Origin: Candidatus Gottesmanbacteria bacterium
GTDB lineage: Bacteria > Patescibacteriota > Microgenomatia > UBA10105 > UBA927
Reading direction: 5' to 3'
Length of the DNA stretch: 64,000 nt
NCBI GenBank assembly: GCA_963714095.1
Contig: OY970230.1
Location: forward strand, 6,206 to 70,205
The translations under genes were made by a program, and so were the position numbers. The notes under the pieces are model-generated. The model searched no databases and was not told the origin of the DNA. It saw nothing but the letters and a program-made list of their open reading frames with translations. Shown here piece after piece: positions 8,465-17,047 of this stretch. Numbering within the stretch: the first letter of the stretch is position 1; every line of letters begins with the position of its first letter.

Positions 8465-8812
8465 ATGATAATTGATATTATTTTCTTTGTCGCGTCGTTT
8501 CTTTGCGATACGCTGGCGTATATTTTCTACCAGCGGTATGTCGACAGCCAGCATAAAAATACGGCGTTTTTCGTGTATGCAGTCGTAACTGCCGTACTCG
8601 TCTGGATATTTATTTTTAAACTGCAGGACCGCGGCCAGACGCTCCGGTTGTTTATCCCTATCTGGGCCGGCGGCAGTGCAATTTTCGGATATTTCTTTGC
8701 GGGACTGGCTACAAAAACTCCGTTAAAGGAGCTCGTCAGTGCGCAGGCGGTTTTCTGGGTTTTGTTGATCAGTGTCAGCATCTATTTCCTCAGCCGTTTA
8801 TCCTTCAGCTGA
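8465..8812 (+). CDS. Small four-TM membrane protein (SMR/DMT-like topology)
   Basis: 115 aa with four hydrophobic helices. Confidence 0.7.
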   Translation: MIIDIIFFVASFLCDTLAYIFYQRYVDSQHKNTAFFVYAVVTAVLVWIFIFKLQDRGQTLRLFIPIWAGGSAIFGYFFAGLATKTPLKELVSAQAVFWVLLISVSIYFLSRLSFS

Positions 8813-9810
8813 TCTTTGTGGACTCTGTCGTATGTGATGGCAAGAAGGTTTTCGATAAACCGGTCATATGTCCAGCCGAACGCATAGACGGAAGCAAGCG
8901 TCGCGTCCTGTTTATCGTAATAATTGATGCTTGGATTCATATTGACATCAATAATAAACGGAATTCCCTTTTCGTTGACTCTCATATCAAACCGCGCAAT
9001 GTCACGGCACATGAATGTCCGGTATGCCCGCAGTGCCAGCGTTTTTATTTTAGCCTGAAGTACGTGCGGAATTTTTGCAGGTGCCAAGACGCGTGCGTCT
9101 GCGTATTCCCATGTTTGTTTCGCCCATTTTGCATCATACGTATAGACGTTCCAGTGGTTTGTAAACTTTCCTTTGAACCGTATTTCGCAGTATGGTAATA
9201 CAATGACTCCCCTTCCGTTTCCGATAACTGTGACATGTATTTCCCGTCCGCTGACAAACTCTTCTGCAATTACTTCACCCGGATATTCGTGAATAAGGGA
9301 TTGTATTTGGGCCGCGAAATTTTTTACATTCGTGACAACCGATTGTTGTGAAATGCCGATACCTGCATGCTGATGGGACGGCTTTATCATGACGGGAAAC
9401 CGCAATGTTGCCGGATCAATGCGTTTTGAATGCGCGGAAAATATTTTAAAGCGCGGCGTATTAATATGTTTTTTTACCATCTCACGCTTCACGGGAGATT
9501 TTTCTATAGCGAATTTGAGTCCTGAGAGATCATGACCGAATTGTGCACGGTGTAATTTTTCCAATCCCTGGGCAATTTTTTCATAGAGGGTCCACTGCTC
9601 ATCCTCGACGAAATTAAACACAATATCCCCGGGTATGTGCAGTGCCTTGAGCCAATTTTGACCCGTGACACTCATTGTCGCGACGGTGTGGCCAGTGCGC
9701 TTAAGCGATTTTTCGATTCCCCTGACCCCGTCGAGTGTGTCCTCGTCGTCTTCATGCGTTCCGACATAATAGAGAATGGCAACGGAAAGTTTAGTATTTT
9801 TATATGTCAC
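8782..9810 (-). CDS. ATP-grasp protein, D-alanine--D-alanine ligase-like
   Basis: Motifs FPVMIKP, GIGI, EEFVSGRE, YDAKW, ARFDMR, DVNMNP; GTG start. Confidence 0.85.
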   Translation of the reverse strand: MTYKNTKLSVAILYYVGTHEDDEDTLDGVRGIEKSLKRTGHTVATMSVTGQNWLKALHIPGDIVFNFVEDEQWTLYEKIAQGLEKLHRAQFGHDLSGLKFAIEKSPVKREMVKKHINTPRFKIFSAHSKRIDPATLRFPVMIKPSHQHAGIGISQQSVVTNVKNFAAQIQSLIHEYPGEVIAEEFVSGREIHVTVIGNGRGVIVLPYCEIRFKGKFTNHWNVYTYDAKWAKQTWEYADARVLAPAKIPHVLQAKIKTLALRAYRTFMCRDIARFDMRVNEKGIPFIIDVNMNPSINYYDKQDATLASVYAFGWTYDRFIENLLAITYDRVHKDQLKDKRLRK

Positions 9811-9860
9811 GGTGAAGCGATTATATCAGAGAAGAAAGAAGAGACAAGATGACTCTTTGT

Positions 9861-12800
9861 CTACCAGCACCACCACAGGAAACATGTTTTCTTCGGAGCG
9901 GGTGTCGGTGTAGGAATGGGTTGAGTATAATTCGTTACGGGAGATTCGACGGGAACTGGTTGCGTTGTATTTACGACAGGTGCTTGACTGGGGGCCTCCT
10001 GCGTTGTATTTACGACAGGTGCTTGACTGGGAGCGGCCTGCACCGTATTAACTTTTGTCGTTTTTTTAACTGTTTTTTTAGGAACCGGAAGAGGTACAGC
10101 GTATGGTTTTTGAGAACCATTCTCATAAAAAGGAACTGCTTTTGAAACGAATCTTGCCTGAGTATTCACGAGCATACTATTACTCCAGGAGCCGGGCATG
10201 CAGCCGTTTTGACCGCGGACTTTAAAGTAATACGTCGTTTTGGCCTTCAGCAGTTGCACGGTAAAGTTTTGGACTCCGTCTGTGCCCAGCGTAATTTGGG
10301 CACCATGTTCTTCAGCTGATGGATTCGTAGAGTAACTTATATAGAATATGTTGGTATTGGAGATTGGGGTGAAAAAAAGCTTTGCCGTTGTTTTGTTTGC
10401 GTTGATTTGGAAAAGGTCAGGTGCAGTCGCGGGACGCGCGTCACCGCAGACAGGAGCGGAAGGTTGGGGGTTTGAAACGTTTGAGTTCGGACCAGGCGGA
10501 GGAGGAACTAGGGTTAAAAAACTCCCCTCGTCGCCGACGACCTCCGGAGATCCGTGCGAAACAGGACGGTAATAATATGTGGTTCCCGATGAAAGGCCGT
10601 TGATTGTCACGGAGTGCGAAGTAACTTTAGGAGAATCATCTGTTTCTCCTGTAGAGTTTGCGTACCCGTAGTTTGGGGCAACATCCAGGGAAGGATGTGA
10701 GACGGTATCGTAAATGACCCTACTGGTACTGGGATGGTCAGTATCCCACGTAATTGTGACGCTCGTTTGGTCAGGGGGAGTATTGGTTTGATTTGTAATG
10801 ACTGGAGGCGGATTTACCGTAATCGTAACAGTGGCAATATTGCTGTCGTCTGTTCCATCGTTGGCTTTGAACGTAAATGAGTCCGGACCGAGATAATCTA
10901 CATTGGGAGTGTAGGTAATTTGGTTATCCGTGATATCACTTAACGTTCCGTTCACCGTACCAGAAACAGTAGAAAATGTAAGCGGATCCCCATTAATGTC
11001 GCTTGCCGAAAGATCAATGGTAATTGGGTTATTTATTTGGGTAAAAACAGTGTCATCATCAGCCACAGGCGGAGTGTTAACGTCGTTTATTGTTATTGAA
11101 ACAGTAGATGTATTACTGTCATACGTTCCGTCGTTTGCTTTAAAGGTAAATGAATCACTGCCGAAATAATGCGCGTTCGGTGTGTATGTAACCTGGTTGC
11201 CCGAAATAGTTCCCAGAGTACCGTTTGTCGGGCCTGAAACAATAGAATACGTCAGCGTCGTTCCGGGATCGATGTCACTGCCGCCTAGCGTAATTACCAC
11301 AGGCACATCTTTATTGGTACTGGTAGAACCATCAGTTGTCGTGGGAGGATGATCTAATCCATTTAGAGCATTATATGCGTCTATTCGTTTTCCCGTGACC
11401 GTTTTTCCGCTAAGGGCGGCTATTGAATCACCGGTTTGTAAAATTCTGTCTTTTACCTGGGCCCATGTTAAATCCGGTTGATATTCCCAAAGTAAGGCGG
11501 CCAGTCCGGCCACATGCGGCGCTGCCATAGAGGTACCATCCTTGAAACCGTATTGTTCATCGGATCCGTCACCGAATTTAGAAACGCTTATATCGTCAAC
11601 GATACAGCCAAGATACGCATTGTCTGACGAATTCGTTACCCAGCGGAGTCTGAATTGAAAATTTCCCGTTAGATATTGACTTGGAATACTGACATCCTCA
11701 AAAAAATACGACGGGAAACCGCCGGGATCGGTGAAGCCGTTTAAGAGGTCCAAAAAGGGCTGATTCCATTGAAAATCCTGACCGGTGTACGGATCAATTG
11801 CAGGGGAGAAATTAATGCCGTCAGAACTATATTCAAGTTCCATGTAATCGTTCCAGCTGCTCAGAGTATATTCCGTGTTGCATGCGGTATCGAAGCTGAT
11901 AGTTGCGCCGTTTGCACCGGAGAGATTGTATTGGGCGGAAGTAACATTCGTATCTGCGTTGTTGGCGTAATCATAAGGCGCGCTCAGCGACGCAAGATCT
12001 CCTATCAGAACATTTCCCGCGCCGGCGCCGTCGTATACGGTACCCCAATTATTTCCGGATCCCCCTTTTGTCCATCCGCCCGGAATAGCCGGTGTTGTAA
12101 CTTCTTCAAATGTTTCGTCTAACATTGTTGAATCGGCTAATGTGCTGTAAATATTTGTTCCGGGTGCGCCGACATCTATGGTGCTAGCACCGTAATTTGA
12201 AAAAGATGCCAGCGCATCATTCTGATCTGTCGCGGCGACTGAAATAACATTCGATAAATTGTCGCTTGCCGGATACATCGGCTCATTCTGGCTTGTACAA
12301 CCATTTAACGTATAGCTGGATGCATCGCCGCAATTTCCAGCAGAAGAAATGAATAAACCATTAAAGTTGCTTATGGCAGTTTCTAGGACTGGATCATCTG
12401 TCGTTGATCCCCAACTTGCGTTGATGATTTTGGCACCGTTATTTTGTGCAAAACTGATGGCTTTTACTATTTCGGCGGTTGTCAAACTTGACTTGAGAGC
12501 CATGATTTGCGTATTGGGCGCCACTCCGATAATTCCTTTGTTGTTATTTATCGCTGCGGCGATAGTTCCTGCTATATGTGTTCCGTGAGAAGAGCTGTCG
12601 GGCAGAGGTATTTTATCGTTGTCTTCAAAATCATACCCATGGAGGCAACCACCGAGAGCCGCGCCGTTCTCGTCTACACAGTTTGTTCCGTCCCACATAT
12701 TGGCGGCCAAATCAGGATGGTTGTATGCCACGCCGGAGTCAATAATTGCGACAATAATAGATCCGCTCCCCGTACTTATAGCCCATGCTTCAGGAGCATT

Positions 12801-13469
12801 AATATCCGCGTTGGCAGTTCCTGCAGTCCCATTGACTGTTTGACCGGTATTGTCCAAACCCCACAGCAGATTTCTATAGGTATCATTTGTTCCTATATCC
12901 GCCGGTGTATATATGTAGTTTGGCTGTACCGACTCTACGTCCGGGTCTGACTTTAACTCCGTCACCAGCTCATCTGTCGTTTTTCCCGATTGAAATACCT
13001 GCGTATTGGAATTTTGTATCTCATCTTTTTTTTGCAAAGAATAGTGCAATCCGAATACTAATGACTGTGCTTTTCCGAACAAACTTTTAATATCAAGTTT
13101 ATCTTTTTTAAACCGCACAATTGCCTCCCCGGGAACGTAATTGAGCTTTTGAGGCCGTGAGTAATTGTGAATTTTAGCATTCAGGTTTGAGTTCAAATGC
13201 ATTAGACCTTTGGATGTAATAGTTGATGAGGATGAGGCAATTGTGGCAGAGGGAGATGCCGGTGAAGGAGACGGGGAATTTATAGGAGGCACAAATATTT
13301 TTGATGATATCGAGGCATATTGGAACGTTGGGCCTATTAATTCTTGGGCATGCCCGGCGGCAGTAAAACTGAATATAAATATGAAGATTATGAAAAAGAG
13401 AACAGGAAGGTAAAAGAATGATTTTCGCTTCCAGAATTTTTTCTCTCCGCTTAACCGTATGTGATTCAT
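9861..13469 (-). CDS. Secreted S8 subtilase with inserted jelly-roll-like domain, two Ig-like (Big_9/cadherin-like) repeats, FN3 domains and a Pro/Thr-rich tail
   Basis: Catalytic IIDSG, HGTH, GTSMA; YTPN..Y.G.DSFTFKANDGT repeats; ends KKTCFLWWCW. Start approximate. Confidence 0.92.
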   Translation of the reverse strand: MNHIRLSGEKKFWKRKSFFYLPVLFFIIFIFIFSFTAAGHAQELIGPTFQYASISSKIFVPPINSPSPSPASPSATIASSSSTITSKGLMHLNSNLNAKIHNYSRPQKLNYVPGEAIVRFKKDKLDIKSLFGKAQSLVFGLHYSLQKKDEIQNSNTQVFQSGKTTDELVTELKSDPDVESVQPNYIYTPADIGTNDTYRNLLWGLDNTGQTVNGTAGTANADINAPEAWAISTGSGSIIVAIIDSGVAYNHPDLAANMWDGTNCVDENGAALGGCLHGYDFEDNDKIPLPDSSSHGTHIAGTIAAAINNNKGIIGVAPNTQIMALKSSLTTAEIVKAISFAQNNGAKIINASWGSTTDDPVLETAISNFNGLFISSAGNCGDASSYTLNGCTSQNEPMYPASDNLSNVISVAATDQNDALASFSNYGASTIDVGAPGTNIYSTLADSTMLDETFEEVTTPAIPGGWTKGGSGNNWGTVYDGAGAGNVLIGDLASLSAPYDYANNADTNVTSAQYNLSGANGATISFDTACNTEYTLSSWNDYMELEYSSDGINFSPAIDPYTGQDFQWNQPFLDLLNGFTDPGGFPSYFFEDVSIPSQYLTGNFQFRLRWVTNSSDNAYLGCIVDDISVSKFGDGSDEQYGFKDGTSMAAPHVAGLAALLWEYQPDLTWAQVKDRILQTGDSIAALSGKTVTGKRIDAYNALNGLDHPPTTTDGSTSTNKDVPVVITLGGSDIDPGTTLTYSIVSGPTNGTLGTISGNQVTYTPNAHYFGSDSFTFKANDGTYDSNTSTVSITINDVNTPPVADDDTVFTQINNPITIDLSASDINGDPLTFSTVSGTVNGTLSDITDNQITYTPNVDYLGPDSFTFKANDGTDDSNIATVTITVNPPPVITNQTNTPPDQTSVTITWDTDHPSTSRVIYDTVSHPSLDVAPNYGYANSTGETDDSPKVTSHSVTINGLSSGTTYYYRPVSHGSPEVVGDEGSFLTLVPPPPGPNSNVSNPQPSAPVCGDARPATAPDLFQINANKTTAKLFFTPISNTNIFYISYSTNPSAEEHGAQITLGTDGVQNFTVQLLKAKTTYYFKVRGQNGCMPGSWSNSMLVNTQARFVSKAVPFYENGSQKPYAVPLPVPKKTVKKTTKVNTVQAAPSQAPVVNTTQEAPSQAPVVNTTQPVPVESPVTNYTQPIPTPTPAPKKTCFLWWCW
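9961..10049. repeat. 39-bp tandem repeat (2 copies plus partial) in the S8 protease linker
   Basis: TGCGTTGTATTTACGACAGGTGCTTGACTGGG at 9961 and 10000; encodes APSQAPVVNTTQ. Confidence 0.9.
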
Positions 13470-13567
13470 GGGTATGTTTGAGTAACAATAAATCCTATAA
13501 TACAAATCAGCAGAATTTTTAACTACTCCTAATTAGAGTATAATGAATACATTCTTACTTTAGCAAT

Positions 13568-13843
13568 ATGAGTACTCGGTTAAAAGGTATAACAATCATT
13601 TTGGTAGCCTTGCTGATACTCGTTGTGCTGATTGTTCTGTATCTTAAAACAGAACGGGTTACTCAGACTCAGTTCCTTTTTACAAGCCCTACCCCTTCCC
13701 CGGCGCTCTTTCTGAAAAAACCAGCAGGTGAGCGAGTTATATGTACTGCGGATGTTAAACGGTGTCTGGACGGCACGTATGTCGGCAGAGTGGCCCCCTA
13801 TTGCACATTTGCCCCCTGTCCAAGAGTGACAACTATTCAGTGA
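13568..13843 (+). CDS. Small membrane-anchored protein with a four-cysteine motif
   Basis: N-terminal TM, then CTADVKRCLDGTYVGRVAPYCTFAPCP. Confidence 0.8.
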   Translation: MSTRLKGITIILVALLILVVLIVLYLKTERVTQTQFLFTSPTPSPALFLKKPAGERVICTADVKRCLDGTYVGRVAPYCTFAPCPRVTTIQ

Positions 13844-13949
13844 TTGAAAATACAAAGTACGTTGATCAAAGAGGGGTGTGATGACAACAGACGTAAAACT
13901 ATCGTATAATATCAAACAGAAAAGCGCTAAAAAGGCTTTTAATTGTTTT

Positions 13950-14022
13950 GCCGAGATGGCCGAGGTAGTCAAGGCGCATGTCTGAAAAACATGTTATCTG
14001 GGTGCAACTCCTAGTCTCGGCA
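13950..14022 (+). tRNA. tRNA-Phe(GAA)
   Basis: Acceptor GCCGAGA/TCTCGGC; anticodon arm CATGT-CTGAAAA-ACATG; atypical T loop TGCAACT. Confidence 0.9.
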
Positions 14023-14026
14023 CAGC

Positions 14027-14098
14027 GCGGCGTTAGTTCACCGGTAGAATGTCTCCTTGCCAAGGAGAAGGTAACGGGTTCAATTCCCGTACGCCGCT
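14027..14098 (+). tRNA. tRNA-Gly(GCC)
   Basis: Acceptor GCGGCGT/ACGCCGC; anticodon arm TCTCC-TTGCCAA-GGAGA. Confidence 0.94.
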
Positions 14099-14118
14099 CA
14101 AAATAAAACCTCTTCATT

Positions 14119-14192
14119 TGGGAGATCGTTCAATGGTAGGACACAAGACTTTGGATCTTGGAATCTAGGTTCGAATCCTAGTCTCCCAGCCA
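14119..14192 (+). tRNA. tRNA-Gln(TTG), CCA encoded
   Basis: Acceptor TGGGAGA/TCTCCCA; anticodon arm CAAGA-CTTTGGA-TCTTG. Confidence 0.95.
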
Positions 14193-14209
14193 CGTTTTAA
14201 AAACGTCGT

Positions 14210-14968
14210 ATGACAACAAATTTTTACGATAAAGTTGCTCAAAAATTCGGGGGTTATGGATACGGAACTGGGCCACTCTATAAAAGTGTATATCCGGTTG
14301 GTGATCCTGAAAAGGTTTTTAAGGAAAAGCTTTTACGATTGAGTTCAAAAGAGAAAGTAGCATTAGATATTGGCTGTGCTGATGGCAAATTTACTCTCTC
14401 CGTTGCTCCTTTTTGCAAAAAAGTATATGGAATTGACACTTCAAAAGTAAATTTAGATATAGCAAAAAGTTTCAATGAAGATCCAAGAAGTAAAAATGTT
14501 GAATATTCTTTACAAGATGCAAACCATACTTCGTTTGAGGACTTTTTTTTCGATATTGCATATTGTAGAAGAGGACCAACTTACTACGAAGAATATTACA
14601 GGATTCTTAAAACCAACGGGTATTATCTTGAGATTGGGATAGGAGAGATGGATACAGTAGAGCTCAAAAAAATATTTGGCAGAGGGCAAAATTATGGAAA
14701 ATGGGATACTTCAACGTTGGATAAAAATGTAAAAGAGCTTCAAGAATTAGGATTTCAGGTTGTTTTTGCAGAGAATTATCATTATTTTGAATATTACCCT
14801 TCGTATGAAGATTTTGATTTATTTTTACAGGGCGTTCCTATTTTTGAAGATTTTGATTCAGAAAAGGATAAAGTAGTTTTACAAAAATATGTTAAAGAAT
14901 TTTCAACTGACAAAGGTATTCAGCTTTCACGACACCGAGTAGTAATGGTAGTGCGTAAAGTTAGTTAG
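14210..14968 (+). CDS. Class I SAM-dependent methyltransferase
   Basis: Motif I ALDIGCADG, YGID, FFDIAYCRRGP; visibly AT-richer than its flanks. Confidence 0.9.
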   Translation: MTTNFYDKVAQKFGGYGYGTGPLYKSVYPVGDPEKVFKEKLLRLSSKEKVALDIGCADGKFTLSVAPFCKKVYGIDTSKVNLDIAKSFNEDPRSKNVEYSLQDANHTSFEDFFFDIAYCRRGPTYYEEYYRILKTNGYYLEIGIGEMDTVELKKIFGRGQNYGKWDTSTLDKNVKELQELGFQVVFAENYHYFEYYPSYEDFDLFLQGVPIFEDFDSEKDKVVLQKYVKEFSTDKGIQLSRHRVVMVVRKVS

Positions 14969-15041
14969 GTAATTTTCGTAATACGTTCCGACGTAGTCCA
15001 ATAGTGCCGGCATTTGTTATACTAATACAGAAGGAGGGCAT

Positions 15042-15491
15042 ATGATGAAATGGATACGTAAGATTCAGTGGGGAAAAGTGCTTCTGGTCGGTCTTCTGTA
15101 TACGATTATCGCCACCGTTGTCCGGCAGGTGGAAATCATCTGGACTATGAAATACTACACGATGCCGCAGTCTTTGGGCGTCTGGAGTAAATTCATGATG
15201 CCGACAGCCGGTCCGCCGCCGCCGGAATTTATGATTACTTCGACCATCCTCACATTTATGAGCGGTATGGCCCTTGCGATTATCTATTATTATCTGAAAG
15301 ACTATTTACCGAAGGGCTTCTGGAGGCGGTCAACATTTTTTGCAGACGTTTTGGTTTCCACCTCCTTTGTGTTTTTTACCCTGCCGGTTTATCTTCTCTT
15401 TAACGTGCCGGCAGCGCTGTTGGGGTATTGGTTTGTCAGCACATTTGTTATTTTACTGTTGACGTCCCTACTGATCGTAAGGATTGCGTAG
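15042..15491 (+). CDS. Hypothetical four-TM membrane protein
   Basis: SD AAGGAGG upstream; four hydrophobic segments. Confidence 0.8.
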   Translation: MMKWIRKIQWGKVLLVGLLYTIIATVVRQVEIIWTMKYYTMPQSLGVWSKFMMPTAGPPPPEFMITSTILTFMSGMALAIIYYYLKDYLPKGFWRRSTFFADVLVSTSFVFFTLPVYLLFNVPAALLGYWFVSTFVILLLTSLLIVRIA

Positions 15492-15515
15492 TTGAGACGG
15501 GAAGGCAGTCTGACG

Positions 15516-15719
15516 ATGATAGATTTTTGGTATTTTGTTCCGAAATCCGGGATAGCCTTTATTTTTATCAGCGTTCTCCTTATCTCCCTATGGAATGGAG
15601 ACAAGGGAACACTTCCGTACCCGTATGTCTGGATTTTTGTTGCCGAAATCACCCTATTTTTTCTTTGTTTCCTCATTGCCGACCGGGAGAGCGATACAAA
15701 GCGGAAAAAACGTGGATAA
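15516..15719 (+). CDS. Small two-TM hypothetical protein
   Basis: Two hydrophobic helices and a basic tail. Confidence 0.55.
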   Translation: MIDFWYFVPKSGIAFIFISVLLISLWNGDKGTLPYPYVWIFVAEITLFFLCFLIADRESDTKRKKRG

Positions 15720-15724
15720 CACAT

Positions 15725-16967
15725 CTATGTTCCGCTTGATGCTTCGTGGGAATACGTGCGTATTTGCGGAATTGTAACCGCGATAATGCCAACGACAATC
15801 AGTGTCCCCAATCCCCCGATGGCAACGGAGAGCGGTCCGCCGACGGCAGATGCCAACAAGCCCGCCTCAAATTCGCCAAGCTGCGGTCCCCCGACATAAA
15901 AAATCATATTAACGGAGGTCATCCTGCCCCGGATATAATCCGGCGTCACGAGATTTCGTATAACAGTGCGGATAATGGAACTGACACTGTCCCCGACACC
16001 GACCATAAACAACGCGAAAAATGAGAGCGCGAACAGTGTGGAATACGCAAAAACTATGGTTGCAAGACCATAAACTGATACTGCAATCAGCAGTACTCTT
16101 CCTTGCTTTTTAATAGTACCGGCATGCGCAATCAAAAATCCTGCGAGGACTGCGCCGATCGCTTGTGCGCTGTAAAGAAATCCGTATCCGACAGGGCCCA
16201 CGTGCAGGATACTGTGGGCATAAATGGGCAGCAGTGCCGTCGCCGATGCAAAAAACGTGCTGAAAAAATCAAGAAGCATTGTAGACCAGATCATGACTTT
16301 GCTTTTTACAAACACCAGACCTTCCCACATAGCCTTAAGTGATACAGGGGCACTGGCGCCCTCGATTTCTCCGCTTGTATGCATGAGAAGCAGCGCGCCG
16401 ATTACCGCAAAAAATGATATGGCATTGAGAAGGTACGCGCCCCCGACGCCCAGTCCGGCGATAACAAAACCCGCAAGAGCTGGACCGGCAACCTGAGAGG
16501 CCTGAAACATAATCGTATTTAAGCTCATAGCATTAGGAATATGCTGGCGCCTCACGAGGTTTGGGATGAGCGCCTGCCGCGGGGGTGAGTCAAATGAAAG
16601 AGCAATGCCGGAAAGCGCAGTTATCGTGTAAATAATGAATTGGTTTACCGTATGATTGAGCGTGGTTACGGCCAGAATCAGCGATAATAGCGAGGGACGT
16701 TTGTGTTATAAGAAGTACTTTTTTTCTGTTATGCGCGTCAGCGACACTTCCGCCTACGAGTGCAAATATGCCAACAGGGATAAACCGGGCAAGCCCTACG
16801 AGTCCGAGAGCAACGGCTGAATGGGTCAGCACATAAATATGCCAGTTAACGGCGGCAAACTGCATCTGCGACCCGATATTGGATATTAAGAGCGCTATCC
16901 ACAACAGCCGGAAATCGCGGTATTGCAGTGCGGGAAATTTTGAGCCGTTTATTTTGCCATTATCCAT
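15725..16967 (-). pseudogene. MFS transporter (EntS/DHA3-like) split by a frameshift near 16688
   Basis: N-terminal ORF (RDFRLLW..ISNIGSQMQ..GSVADAHNRK) continues in another frame as LILAVTTLNHTVNQFIIYTITALSGIALSFDSPPRQALIPNLV into ORF 15725..16555. Confidence 0.85.
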
Positions 16968-17047
16968 AGGAATGAGTATATCATTAAATAAAACGCAACC
17001 TTGCGCTCATGAAGAAAACGTGCAATCGTATAATGAGGAAGCTTTCT

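Noticed and set aside
9961-10049. Direct repeats as a possible CRISPR array
   Set aside because: They are in-frame coding tandem repeats without unique spacers, and no cas genes are present.
14987-15005. TCCGACGTAGTCCAATAGT resembling a tRNA 5' fragment
   Set aside because: No anticodon arm, T arm or acceptor complement follows; it is too short to support.
16680-16695. Programmed ribosomal frameshift in the MFS gene
   Set aside because: No slippery heptamer or homopolymer run was seen at the shift site.
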